From Octopus sinensis (lineage: Eukaryota), in assembly GCF_006345805.1 (NCBI RefSeq), contig NC_042999.1, positions 68,200,001 to 68,264,000 of the forward strand: DNA of 64,000 nucleotides, written 5' to 3'. The notes under the pieces are model-generated. The model did no database searches. It had not been told where the DNA came from and saw only the letters and a program-made list of their open reading frames with translations. Positions 26,246 through 39,599 of this stretch are shown here, in pieces. Both the position numbers and the translations under genes were made by a program. Position 1 is the first letter of the stretch; each line of letters starts with the position of its first letter.

Positions 26246-28099
26246 CTGCTTTGTGTGCTAAATATAATAATTTCATTAGTCATTAATAATTACTTTTTAA
26301 AAAAATTCAATCTTTTGTTGATTTCTATTACAATAAGAAATTTCCATTAATTTATTGTACACCACCCATAAATGTCCCAACACGTTTCCACCATTATCTC
26401 TCTCACTGTCGCTCATCTTACTCTCCCAACACTTTTCTACTCTAGAGCAAGACTGCTATATCTGTCCCCTCTATACTTTAACCCTTTAGCATTTAATCCA
26501 AACGTATCCAGCCCCCAAATACTCTTTTACATTAAGACTGACTGGCTCCAATGTCATTCTAAAAATATACAAACACACCATTGAAATCTTGAGGCTGCAA
26601 GATATGACTAATAAAGACGGCAAGCTGGCAGAAACATTAGCACGCCAGGCGAAATGTGTAGCCGTATTTCGTCTGCCATTAAGTTCTGAGTTCAAATTCC
26701 GCTTAGGTCAACTTTGCCTTTCATCCTTCCAGGGTCGATGTAATCGACTTAATCCGTTTGTCTGTCCCTGTGTTTAGCCCCTTGTGGGTAGTAAAGAAAT
26801 AGATATGTGACTAATTCAAAAACAATGTGAATAGATACGCAATACATTTGACAAAGAAATCTGAATGTTAAATGGTTAACTCTCTCAACCGGCACAAAGC
26901 CACTCCCAGTTGAGGGTGTTTTGTCTTGAAAGCTACTTGATGACCCAGTCAGAGCTGGTGCTACATAAAAAGCACACATTACATTCTAAAGTGGTTGGCA
27001 TTAGGAACGGGAATCCAGTTGTAGAAACCATGCCAAAACAGACAATGGAACCTAGTCTGGCTCCTGCCCTTGCAGCTAGTCTCGAACTGTCCAACACCTG
27101 ACAGCATGGAAAATGAACATTAAATGATGATACTAATAACAGTTGACAAAACATCCAAGAGATGTCTTAAAATAACAAATGCAGGTAAGAGCCACAAATA
27201 AACTCAAGGGCCAAAACATTTTTAAAGTCATTTAACATCCACTTTCCATGCTCGCATGGGTTGGACAGCCTGACTGTAACTGGTAAGCTAGAGAGTGGCA
27301 CCAGGCTCCAGTCTGAATTTGGCTTGGTTTCTACGGCTGGATGCCCTTCCCAATACCAACCACTCCAAGAGTGTAGTGGGTGCCTTTTCCGAGTCATCGC
27401 CCATACTGCTTTGTAATTTTACTCCTGAATAATCTCTTCACATTGATGGTTTTATATACATCTTTATTTTGAATTTTCAGTTAATTCGTTTGTTCATTTA
27501 ACTTCCATCTTTCCATGCTAGCATGAGTTAGATGAGTAAGATATTAGTTAAAAGTTCTTGTCACCAACCCTTACAGAAACCTTTGAAAACCAAGCTGGTT
27601 GGCCTTCACTGTTTCACTCAAGCAGCGACAGCTGTGGAATATCAACATTCATGCACATTCACTCAACACAGGGACTCAAGACTTCCATTCACCAAATTCA
27701 TTTACCCATAGATGCTGTACAGCAGGACTGAACTCTAGACCATATGGTTAAGAAGTGAACTTCTTAACGACACAGCTACTGGATTTCAAATGTTCTTTGT
27801 TGAATTATTGCTGTATCTTTGAGAACTATTTCCTTCATAACAAAAACTAATACATGCTTGTTAATCAAGTAAGCTGCAACAATAGATGCCCATGTGACTA
27901 TGGTCCTTTTGTTCAGGTAAATATTACAGAGAAACATTAATCTAAGTAGCAGTAACAATACCACGAAGTTTGTGTAAAGTGGGAAAGGAAAGCTGTTTTG
28001 TCTAATTATACCTCTGAAGAAATAGATTTCAGCAAAACAATATGAAGTTTAAAAGTTAATGTTAACTTTACTGTTAAAGGTAGATGACAATCGTTAGAT

Positions 28100-29300
28100 C
28101 AAAAGTTACAAAGGAATCTCGGTTTAAGACCTGATGAGAAGATTTTATGATCAAGGCATTCCAACCAGAATCATGTACCTCATCCAATGCCCTCCTATAA
28201 ATAAATAATGAGGACAGTAAGCTGTCTTAACAAGTTGACAGAATTGGATAGAGTGCCCTATATTATTCCAGTTGTCCTGCGCGTTTAACTTAGACCTTCA
28301 CTTGCAGTGAAGAAAAGAACAACCTAGACAAAAAGGACGTGTTGAGAAATACAATATGGAATGAAATAAACAAGGCTATAATTGGGAGATTTGGTTGCTA
28401 TTCCTAGCAGGCCGAGCATCCACATAAAAGCTATTTTGTCTCGATCATTTTAAAGTCTTCCGGAATCGATAAACTTATTATAGGGTCGATTTAATAGATT
28501 GGATGGCACCTTCCTCAAAATACCTGGAGCCCTCAATCATAATTATTACACGGGGCAATATCTGTAAATTCTGACATGCACTTCGGTATTGGAGACAATA
28601 AAATATTGGTCAACCATGTTAGTAGATGAGAATAGGTAGCCAGGTGTAACAAAAGATGTAGCGAACGGCGGGAAGATCCAGGTAAGACTAATCGGGCGTT
28701 AAGTTGCTTAAAGAAAGTAATTAACACCGAACTGTCGTTCCAATTTCCTAGAAAATGTGCTCGTTTCAAATAATTGGAAATAATTAATTGTATAACTGCT
28801 AATTTACTTCGGTAATTCCATAGGTATGAGGCGAAGCGAATCCAACAGGATTCGAACTCCGAGAGCTGAAACTAGATACGGCAAATAATTTGGTTCGACG
28901 CTTTTAATAATTCTGCTACCTCAAGCTGTAATCGAGCTGCTAGTATATATGTCCCTGGAAATAACTAATGTAACTTCAACGGAGATCGATCTGCTTCTAG
29001 AGATAACTGAATCGCGAATTTCTAACACATTTACGGATGCTGAAAGGTTTAATAAAAGAAAACGAAAAACTATTTGGCATCCATGCCCTCCTAATGGTGT
29101 GCATATCAAGTAAGAAGCGGAAAATTAGAATAATGAAAACATAGCACATACACAAGGGGACAACTAAGGCTGCATGTAGCCCCGACCCGAAGGACACGGA
29201 ATACGGCTGCGTGCCTATGTGCCCTGTATACACATAACGCTCGAACTATTGTAACCGTACCAGCCAAGTGCTATTACACTTTTATGACAAAAAGCACCCA
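28100..29300 (-). promoter_or_regulatory. Probable NACA promoter and non-coding first exon region (exact TSS not resolved)
   Basis: Coding exon 1 begins with an acceptor, so an upstream exon must exist. CpGs reappear here. Pyrimidine-rich TOP/TCT-like motifs on the minus strand at 28662-28677 (tcttcccgccgttcg) and 29112-29124 (ttttccgcttctt). Candidate donors at 28523 and 29034. Confidence 0.4.
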
Positions 29301-30984
29301 TGCAACCATTTTTAATCTTTCCTAATATACACGCTGATAATTTTAATTGTTTGAGGAATATCAGGTTAACAACGGAATTAATGTGGTCTCAGGTACAGTA
29401 TGTGCAAATAAAGGGAGATTGTCACGATCGGAACGTCTTCGACCAGTTTTTTGCTCAATCAAGGGTTGTTGATACGGATCTAAAACTACAAACATTACCA
29501 CATGTGGATATTTTAGCAATTTCCTTTATTACTGGCAGAAAGTCATGTTTTTTTTTATATAATGTAATTTAAATAATGCAGTGCGCTGGAGGAGGAGTAT
29601 ATATATATATGTATGTGTATATGTATATATAATATATATATATGTGTGTGTATATATATATATATCCACATGTCCTCCAAAAAGCACTGGTGACAATTAG
29701 CTAAAGTGAAGCTATTTAATTCGCAAGTTGCACCTCGTTAACCAAGACAAATAATTATTGAAAAATTACAGAATCGGTAAATAGATTTTAGATTAAAATT
29801 TTAATAATCGCCATGTATTACATGTGTTAAAATAAAAAATATATATATTCGTCATTTCTAATAAATTGATTGTTAAAAGTTAATTTTAAAAACATCAGAT
29901 ATTTGCAAGATGTAACAATAATTGAAGCTTTTAATTGTTTGGCATTATCAGGATTTATATTAGTTATTGTCAGATGAAATATAAGTCCATTACAGAATGA
30001 ATTATTGGTACAAAGCATTTCTATTTCGATACGAAGGGGCACATGTAGACATATATGGTTATTATAACGCACGAGAGACATAGAGCTCGCTCATGCTTTT
30101 GAGATTTAGGACAAAAAGAAAGATTAAATTCATGTCATAAACGGAAACAAAATTATTTGAGAACGATCGAGAAATTGAATACATACAACACAAAAGTCAC
30201 TTTAAATTTCGATGATAAACAAATAAAAAGATATTGATTCACTTACATCGAAGACACCGATAAAGATATTCGGAATGAGAGAATATGGTAAAGGAAAAGG
30301 AAGTAGCTTAGTTTAGCGCATGCTCAGTTGTGTTCTAATGCTGACTGGTTATAAAGAAAAGTTCTCGTTGTAGAAAAGGAAATATTTATAAAATAATAGA
30401 TTCTAAAGTTGGTACAAGGATCGGAAATGTCATGGGAGGTGGTCATCTACTAATTGGTATTATATTTTATCGGTCCCGGATGTGTGAAAAATAAATTCGA
30501 CGTAGGCAGGATTTGAACTCGGGACTTAAAGGGCCATAACTAAATACCTCACTGCACTTTTTGCCAATAATCCACCGTGCGATTCTCATAATTATATTTA
30601 ATGTCGATGCAAGATTAGAAATTTGGAGAAAGAAATCTCCTTTCTTATATAGGTACAAGGCCAGAAATTTTGTGGCTTAACTGATACTTGTTTAATCGAC
30701 CCTAAAAGGACGAAAGGCAAAGTCGACCCCAGCAGAATTTGAATTCAGAACATAAAGAGCTGGAATAGGGTATGGATTATCAACCTCAGTACACGGTTGA
30801 TACTTTATTTGGTAAATATTTTCTGTTACACTCGTCTCAAGAGACGAGAGTAATCGGCGGGTTTTCGTAATTGCTATCACCGCCCGAGAAAGAAAGAAAA
30901 GGGGAAGGAATTAGGTGATAGTTTCCATTTGTGAAAAACATTTTGCTCCAAAACATTTTTTTTTTTGCACCCTCTCCAAATTCT

Positions 30985-31790
30985 TTGCGTTCTATCGGCA
31001 ATTAGTGGCAAGCAAGAGCGACGGCGTCCTCGGGGAAACTCTGGGCGTCGGGGTAGACCGATTAACCTGAAGGACTTTTGGGTGGAGGTGCAACGGCCCA
31101 GTGGTTCGGGCAGCGGACTCGCGGTCGGAGGATCGCGGTTTCGATTCCCAGACCGGGCATTGTGTGTTTATTGAGCGAAAACACCTAAAGTTCCACGAGG
31201 CTCTGGCAGGGGGGGGCCACCCCTGTTGTACTCTTTCGCCCCCAACTTTCTCTCACTTTTTCTTCCTGTTTCTTGAGTAATGCTGCGATGCACTGGCCTC
31301 CCGTCCAGCTGGGAGGAACACATAAGCCATAGAAACCGGGAACCCGGGCCCATGAGCCTGACTAGGTTTGAAAAGGGCGAGAAAAAGAAAAAGGACTTTT
31401 GGGCTGGAGCCTATAGAGTAGAGTTACGGAGGGGGGGGTCTGTCTGAAATGTGCGCAGGGCGACGAAACCGTTCTGCATGTCCTCATCCAGTGTCCGGGC
31501 ATTGTTGACTTGTTGGGCTGTTGGTGCGTGTAGGAAAGTGTTGCTCCATCCCCGTATATTCTGTTGAAAGGTGGGCGGGTGTGTCGAGTATGGCCCGCGA
31601 GAACAGACCTGTCTGAACATACGTCTGTAGGCCGGAAGGGATGAAGAGAAGTGAGGTGTCTACCTGGAGTGCCCTTGGTAGTCGGGATGACTAGGCTGTG
31701 TGGGCTTCTTTGCTCGGCCGTGAGTGGAACCCCTCCCAACAACACTTTCGAGTAATTTTATTGTTTAAATTTTGCTAATTGTTGTTAACA
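30985..31790 (+). mobile_element. L1/Tx1-clade LINE 3' fragment with CCHC zinc knuckle, split by a SINE
   Basis: 31441-31500 encodes CLKCAQGDETVLHVLIQCPG (CxxC...ET..H....C). A-rich end near 31790. Confidence 0.7.
31083..31390 (+). mobile_element. tRNA-derived SINE with 13-bp TSD
   Basis: A box (ggcccagtgg) and B box (ggtttcgattccc). TSD aaggacttttggg at 31070-31082 and 31391-31403. Same family on the minus strand at about 55070-55350. Confidence 0.85.
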
Positions 31791-31799
31791 CAAAAAAAA

Positions 31800-32197
31800 G
31801 CACCCTTTTTTAAAACTTTTTTTTTTTTTCGACACAAACCCCACTTTTCGGCTACGGGGAATACGAATCTGCAAAAAAAAATGGCAAAAATCAATATTTC
31901 TAAATTATTTCCCCCACCCCCATTTCCTTCATTTTAAACTTTTTTCAAAGAATTTTTTTCCTCAAAATATGCGGAAAAATACGGAGATTACGAAAAAAAA
32001 TTCCAAAAATCTTTATAAAATTTTTTATTTTTATTTTTTATTTATTTTAAGAATTTTTTCTTTTCTAAATATGCGGAAAAATACGGACATCAGGATTCGG
32101 ACAAAAATTTTAAAACATTTCTGTACTTACGGTTAGGGTTTTAAGGTTAGGATTTTAGTGTTAGGGTTTTAAGGTTATAGGGTTATAGTTAGGGTTA
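31800..32197 (+). mobile_element. Unclassified non-autonomous element ending in TTAGGG-like repeats
   Basis: 32040-32140 aligns with the reverse complement of about 43085-43180 (ttctaaatatgc(g/a)gaaaaatac...ttctgta...ttagggtttta). Confidence 0.5.
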
Positions 32198-32470
32198 GTG
32201 TTGCGGGATCACGCTAACTTCTGCTCCTGTGTCGATGAGGGAGCTGCGATCGCGGACATAGTGGAGCATTTAGTCATGTCTGCCGGCCATCAGGGTGTTC
32301 AATGGCGGCCGGCCCTGGAACTTCCATCGGTCACTGGTGAAGGGGTCTTGAACTGCATGCTTATTTGCACTTTGTCGCTTTTTTCCCAAACTTTGCATAG
32401 TAGCAGCACAGGTCATCATGCTTAACCCTGCCCCGTCTCGTGGCCGACCCTATGGTGTTGACCAGGACAC
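32198..32470 (-). mobile_element. Ty3/Gypsy gag-protease remnant
   Basis: Minus strand encodes CCYYAKFGKK (degenerate gag knuckle) and SLIDTGAEVSVIP (aspartic protease DTGA at 32222-32233), with an in-frame stop. Confidence 0.75.
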
Positions 32471-35400
32471 CACTGGATAAAAAAAAAATGTCTGTTGGCG
32501 CCCTTTGTTAAGCTATACACAAACTAGTGGAGACGAGAATACATTTACCAAAGGTTTATTACCTTAGGTTCAATGGGGCTTAAGTCATCAGTTGTTTCTG
32601 TATAGTTCACTCGAATTCTTTTCACGCTCGCTTTTGACATTCTTCTGTTTTCATGCTGACCAACTTCCTAGCTAGCCCGCAACGAAGTATCTGTCTACAG
32701 TTCGTCTACCCCACACCCTTCAATCACAAATGACCATGGGATTGCACCTAGAAATTTATCCTCCAAGGCACAAGTCTGGCAAGATTGTTTATGGAACACC
32801 AGCAGTCACCCATGCATACCAACCTCCCCTCTCCATGCCACCGATGTTGTCCAAGGGAAAAGCAAAGGCCGATCTGTTCAATTTGACTAACAGATTTTTT
32901 AATTAATTTTTTTTTAACTAAACTGTTTGAAACTTTGTATACTGGTGTAATTTCTCACGCAGAACACGGTTTGCTTTGAACATTTTGGAAAAAATTTCGT
33001 ATTTTAGAAGTTATTTCGTGTCATAGTTGTATTTGCATAATTTTGACCAATCTGTGAGCCAAATTGAACAGATCCGGCACCAGTGATGTCGCAACTCATT
33101 CCTACAGTTGAGTGAACTAGAACAACATGAAATAAGTATCTTGCTCAACAATACAACAGGAATTGAACTCACTACCTCATGAGTGTGAGTCCTACGCTCT
33201 AACCTCTGAGCTATGCGCCTTCGCATAGTTGCGTATAATTTATCTAATCGATTATACCCCACCACCTCACAAAATTTCCGTAGTTAGGTTTGTAGTAGAA
33301 AGAATTATTATTATTATTATCATCATCATTTCGTGCCGATATCAAATCTTATCTTTTTTTTTTTTTTTTACCGAATCTGGTGCATTCTTTGAGATATCTT
33401 ACATCATGGATACGGGGGAAATCCCAATAATTAGCCAACCGGCAGCATGTGACTTGCAGCCCACACTGCAGAAAGTCAAATACCAGCCCGGTGTGACGTA
33501 ATGGATCATTTTCGACGTAAGTTGTGTTCACTTTATATTTATTTCCCCTGTCACAAGTAATTCGGCAACCAGGACCTTTATTTTGTTAAATCAGTCCACG
33601 CTATAAGGGCTCGTATTGAGAACACGAGCTCCTTCTCGAAATCTGTCTGCATCTCGTTAATTATAACATTCAGAAGTATCTGTTATGGTTTTCCCTTACA
33701 GTTGTGGTCGTCTGTCGCCTTCCTTATGGAAAACCACGCATTCACCAACCTACACAAAATACGCTGGACAGAACTTATGACCATTGGAAGCCCTCTGTGT
33801 CTGGTGAGACTGATGCCGTTAATGTTCTATTTAAACTGTTGCAGGTAATCATCTGCTGGAAGACCTGAGCAGGGAGGAGATTCTGGAGGGGAAATGTTCT
33901 AGAGATGAAGGATCATACATTGCGAATATTGAATGCTTTAGACCAGCGGTTCTCAACCATTTTTCTTTAATCAGTGGACCCGTTTGTTTACTTTATTCAA
34001 GTGGACCCCCAGAGCCAATCGATATTTAAAAACTAATTCTATAGATACTTTCTAATTCTTATGTTATTCACACATTCACTTGTATAGATTGAACTGTGTA
34101 AAATATTAGAGAAAAGAACCTCGCTATTTCTTGCAATAAGTACATTTAAATCAAAACTTTTCATGGATCCTTAAATACTACCGTGGATCACCAATTTACT
34201 GTTATGTTAGCGTGGACCCCCAGAAATCTTATAAGGACCCTCAAGGGTCCATAGAATTAACTCAAAATATTGCTCCGAAGTGATGGAAGCCAACATCAGC
34301 TGGTTCATGTTTAGCTAGAACGCAGAAAGCTTTGACAGGACTAGAACAAAAGTTCAATACTTAACATTACGTTTATGAATTTGTGCTGCAAGATTCCTGG
34401 TGTGAAATCGTGTATTTCGGGATGACTTTTTTTTTTTTTTTTTTTTTTTGGCCAAATAAACATACGCACAAGTGAAAGAAGGAATATATAGTGCGTGTGT
34501 CATTTGGGGGGAGGGGAAATGACCGTCCCGAAATACAATATCAATACTTAACAGTTCATTGTAAATACTCCACTGTCCATGTGACATTTAGTTTCGTATT
34601 GCACTTTCTCAGTTATCTTCGCTAATGATTAATGAATTAATGTCTTTATAAATAATTCTCATTTTTTTTTTATGGCTTCGTAATTTATTCTTGATACATC
34701 AGAGATTAGATTTACGGGGAAAAAAATTACTGGTACACTTCGCTGGAAAAGTTATAAATAAGAAAAAACATTGAAGTTTTATTTACAACAATTAATCATA
34801 TTTGTGTATAACAAATTTATGAACTCTAGACATTTAAATATATGGATTCTTCAAACCTTTAAATTATATTATTAAAAACTATAATGCATACAGTTACCCC
34901 TTGCAGTGCCCAGTTTAAGTACCATTGCTCTAAGTCCTTGGGTTTTTTCTTTTTATCTACGTTATCAACCAAAGACACTTTCAGCTTTACTACGAAACCC
35001 TTGCTGGAACATCCATGCGCTTTGGTCTGGCGAGTCAGCCAAAGTGAGGAACTTCATGCTTAGAAGTCCAACTTTGCCAAACATCTCAAATGCCACGGAT
35101 TGGAGGATGTAATTTACCTGTGATTGGTTAGACTTCTGCGACTTATTCTGTTCATCCAGGTACGTGATAGCCACACAGAAAGACAAAGCAATTCCACGTC
35201 TTGTTTTCCATTTTCAGTTGGAACTCTTTCCCCCTTCTTTTGTGTCTTGGGAGAGTCATTTTCTTTTTGTGCCTTATAACACACTCACCGGTAAAATTTC
35301 CACTTTTTCTCTTATTTTTATTTTCCTAAAATTTTCTTTGCGTCTTGCAACATTTTCAATAGTTTTGACTCTCTTGTAAACACCTTTTGGTAAAGGTATG

Positions 35401-35579
35401 AATGTCATAACCTCCTTTTTATCGCTCTCGAAATTGTTAATTAATTTCATAACAATTATTGATTATACTCTTCCAGTAAAATTTTGACTATCGTATTTGA
35501 TGGCATAAAAGACGCACGGGCATATTAGACGCACCTCAATTTCAACAATGCATATTTTTATATATATATATAAAACATT

Positions 35580-35820
35580 GGTACTACTTGAGAACAGTGA
35601 TCCCGGTGCGCGCACTCGCGTACTCGCGCTAGCTAGTCATGACTAGTCGATCCTTTGTTTAAAAAATTATTTACTTTGTTTAACAAAAATTATTTACTGT
35701 GTAAAAAAAATTATTTATTTTGTGTTTTATTTACTTTGCTAGGTAGTCGTTGTAGGATCAACTAGTCACGACTAGCTTACGCGAGTGCGCGCACCGGGGC
35801 CACTGTTCTCAAGTAGTACC
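35580..35820. mobile_element. Second copy of the GGTACTA MITE family
   Basis: TIR GGTACTACTTGAGAACAGTG. Flanks taaaacatt and taaaacata (8 of 9 match). Confidence 0.8.
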
Positions 35821-37150
35821 TAAAACATATAAGGCGGCGAGCTGGCTGAATCGTTAGCAAGGTTTAAAAGAACGTACTTGAAGCAAAGAGAAAGAAAATG
35901 ACTTTGCCTTTCATCCTTTCGGGGTCGATAAATTAAGTACCAGTTACGCCCTGGGGGTCGATGTAATCGACATAATCCGTTTGTCCCCTCTGTGTTTAGT
36001 CCTTGTGGGCAGTAGTGAAATACATATAAACATGTACTTCTTTTATAAAACATTGTCATTCTATAAGATTTTGCTGACAAATTTTTAAATCAATATAAAC
36101 ATTTATTTACACGAAAGAAAATTACCGAAAAACTTTCTAATTCTTCCAAATCTTTGATAAAACTGTATTGAAACAATTTGCGGGGGAATTTTTTTTTAAA
36201 ATCACAGCAACTGGTCGCACACCACAAGGTTTAAAAGAACGTACTTGAAGCAAAGAGAAAGAAAGAAAAAATCGTGGCGCTTCTTCAGAAACGCATCTCT
36301 CCAATTAACTTGAACCATTTTGGAGAGGTGCGTTTTCCGAAGAAGCTCCATGAACGTTTTTAGTGCATTCAAACTTAAGTGAAGTTTTTAGTGCATTCAA
36401 ACTTAAGTGAAGCCCAACTTCGTATATACGACCCGTCTTGTATACGGTAATTTTCTAGAACCCAGTTTGTCCAGATTGAACGAACTTTTCACCAATGATA
36501 TTGAAACTAGTCATCTTGTTTTATTTTATTTGGCAAAGTGTATGTAGGACTACGATATTTAATGCGCTCTCTTTTTTAAATATGATACTGTTGTTTGAAA
36601 GACATATTACTATTATTCTTAATGTGTCGAATTACCGAGTTGAGTTCTATTTAATACCTGGTCAGCCTTGACCAAGTAGATCTGTGATCACATTCCAACT
36701 TTGATCATCCGGTCTTTTTTTTTTTTCGGTCGGTTTACTACAGTTTTCAATATAGCCTTTATTTTTTTACGGATGATAGGGTAGTGTGATTTGAGAGCGA
36801 CTTAGCTACTATTTTTAGCAGGTTTTAAAGATTACCTATGGAATCCCTTCGTTTTTTTTTTATTCCGTTTTATCCCAATAATCTGAAGGAGGCGGTGAGG
36901 TTAAAGAAATTATGAAGCTATTTAAGTATTGTAGCCAGGTACTAATCCGTTCCTACGAATATCGAGAACACTGTATTTTGTAATTATTTCATCGAAACGT
37001 TAATGTTGGCGCATGCTTTTTTGTATTTGCATATGATTGGGTTTAACATCGATCCATGAGCAGTTGACTTAGACTTCAAAATACAAATGATCAATTGTAA
37101 ATATGACACTATTTGGACTTAGACGGAAAACACGGAGTGTCAATATCCTT

Positions 37151-37500
37151 AACTAACAGTATCGCCCGGCGTTGCTCGGGTTTGTTTCGACCCTTTAGAA
37201 TTGGAATTTTTGAAAAGTCAAAATGTTTGCATTATGTAGCTTGTTATTTTCTTCAAGTGAATATTTTTCTGGTTGAAATACACCGAAAAATGGCGACACA
37301 GCAGTCAAAAAACCGTAAAAAATAGGGATTTTCATAGAAAAAAATCACCTTTTTGATGTAAGTAATTTTTGGTGTTAACATGATCCAATTTGAATTTTAT
37401 CTTCTACGGAAGGGAGAGGAAGCCTTCTTCTATCATACTCTCAATTTTGGTCAACTTGCGCCGCAGGGTCTCGGAGGAGATAGTGTTAGTTGAAAGCTAC
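37151..37500 (+). mobile_element. Helitron-like non-autonomous fragment
   Basis: Start actaacagtatcgcccggcgttgctcggg is typical of animal Helitron 5' ends. Truncated by a SINE at about 37500. Confidence 0.45.
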
Positions 37501-38261
37501 AGGGACATAAACACAGCACCATCGGTTGTCAAGTGATGGTGGGGGAGACATAAATATATATATACGACGGGCTTCTTTCGGTTTCCGTCTACCAAATCCA
37601 CTCACAATGCTTTGGTCGGTCCAAGGCTATAGTAGAAGACACTTGCCCAAGATGCCACTCAGTGGAACTGAACCCAGAACCATGTATTTGGAAAGCAAGC
37701 TTTTTTTGCCACACAGCCACGCTTGCGCCTGTTGGAAAAATATAAGTCGGCTAAACATTTTGAAAAGCAGGTCACATTTTCATCATACATGCGTACTGCA
37801 ATTCGTTCCCATCATCCACCTTTGGGGATAGAGGAATCTCCATCTTGAATTTTCTTCATGGCATGAGTCAAACTCTAAAGGAGAGTATATTTTTACATTT
37901 GAACGAAACGAAAACCATTTTTTAAAAAAATTCCAACCTCACTTGCAATATTTTTAAGCTTTCATTTCTTGTTCAATGCTTTTCCAGATTCAGTAAAGAA
38001 TATTGTCACATCAGAACTAGCATTTTCGTGTTAGTCTGCCTCTTTTTACACACCACACTCCCCATTAGCCCCCCAAATTGCTATTGAGACAAAACACGAA
38101 ATATAAATGGTAAAAACGATTACAATTTGAAAAAAAAAAACACGGTTTAAACAGTGGTAAAAAGGAAATTTTGTAAATTGATATAAAGTAAATTATATAA
38201 AAGTGCCAACGAGGAACCCGAGATGAAGGTGAAAAATATCAAAGCAACAGTGGATGAATTA

Positions 38262-38615
38262 AATAAGAGCACTCAGAGAGCGCAATCCTCCGCCAAGGCA
38301 ACACCAACGTCTTCTCAATGATTAAATGATTTTTTAAATGAGAATATCTGAAATAAACTTGACAGCTCTCAGAAACGAGAATACCAAAAATGAACCCGAC
38401 CACTCTCAAAAATGAAGTAAGAAACCGGAAAAATTATCCAGAATCCTTGTCCGATACCGGATCGATCCCAGAATCTAATCAGTTCGTGCCAGTCACAAGG
38501 TCAAACATCCCTGAAAGTTTCGTCCAAATTTATCCAGCGATTCTTGAGATATCTTGTCCACGAACAAACAAACAAATACGACTGAAAACAATGCCTTCGC
38601 TAAGGCGGAGGTAAT
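38262..38615 (+). mobile_element. Helentron/HINE-like element with sub-terminal inverted repeats
   Basis: cctccgcc at 38287-38294 and ggcggagg at 38604-38611, with a small CCTT-cgct-AAGG hairpin. The 5' part recurs inverted at about 50900-50950. Confidence 0.45.
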
Positions 38616-39163
38616 CTTGTTTTTTTATTGCCCACAAGGGGCTAAACATTGAGGAAACAAACAAGGACAGACAGAGGGATTAAGTCGATTACATCGACCC
38701 CAGTACGTAACTGGTACTTGGAGGTAAACTAAAAGCCGTACAGCAAACACGAGTCGACCAGTTTGAGGCAAAAGGCGTCTGATCACGTTCACATACTCGA
38801 GAAATACTGACACACTTCAAATTCCTTTGTTGCCATAGTGTTGGACAAGTAAGTATTTAAATATTTCAAATAATCTTAAGGTGGGGATGTAAAGTCATAA
38901 TCTATGTTGTTGAAAATATAGAATTCTGAAGAAATTTTTAAGGCAAAAAAGTTTACATATAACAAAGGTGTTAGGGGTGCACATTCGACATGTCCGCTCC
39001 AAGTTATCCCAATTTACAAACGTTTAATACTCACTATTTGCTAATACGATAAAAATACTTGGTGTTGTGGCTAAATTTGATTTTTTTTTTTTTTTGTCAC
39101 CTTTTTTCGGAAACAGCTTTATGTATCTATGAACAGCGTTGGAAAGCATAAAGATTAAAGTTA

Positions 39164-39534
39164 GGTACTATTAGCGAACAGTGGTCCCGGTGCGCGCACT
39201 TGCGCTAGCTAGTCCTAAGTAGTCGATCCTACAACGACCTTTTAACCCTAACCTTAGTTTGTTTATAAAAATAATTTATTTACTTAGTTTAAAAAATTAT
39301 TTACTTTGCGTTTTATTTAATTTGGGTAAAAAAAATTATATACACTGTTTTAAAAAACAATTTATTTACTTAGTTTAAAAATTATTTACTTCGTTCGAAA
39401 AATATTATTTAATTTTCCTTTGATATGTATTCAGCCTTGAAATACAAACATACGCGCAAGTCCTTGTAAGATCGTCTACTTATGACTAGCTAGCGCGAGT
39501 GCGCGCACCGGGATCACTGTTCGCTTGTAGTACC
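39164..39534. mobile_element. MITE with GGTACTA termini and 9-bp TSD
   Basis: Long TIRs containing cccggtgcgcgcact. Perfect TSD ttaaagtta at 39155-39163 and 39535-39543. Confidence 0.85.
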
Positions 39535-39599
39535 TTAAAGTTATAGTTGAGAAAAAGTTAGCTGACATGGAGGACTGGAAGCTATAAAGAATGTAAGAC

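Noticed and set aside
36284-36411. 25-bp hairpin and 28-bp tandem repeat suggestive of a terminator or CRISPR repeat
   Set aside because: Eukaryotic context, only two adjacent units and no spacers; most likely the interior of a MITE. No CRISPR array, rRNA or bacterial-type system was seen anywhere in the window.
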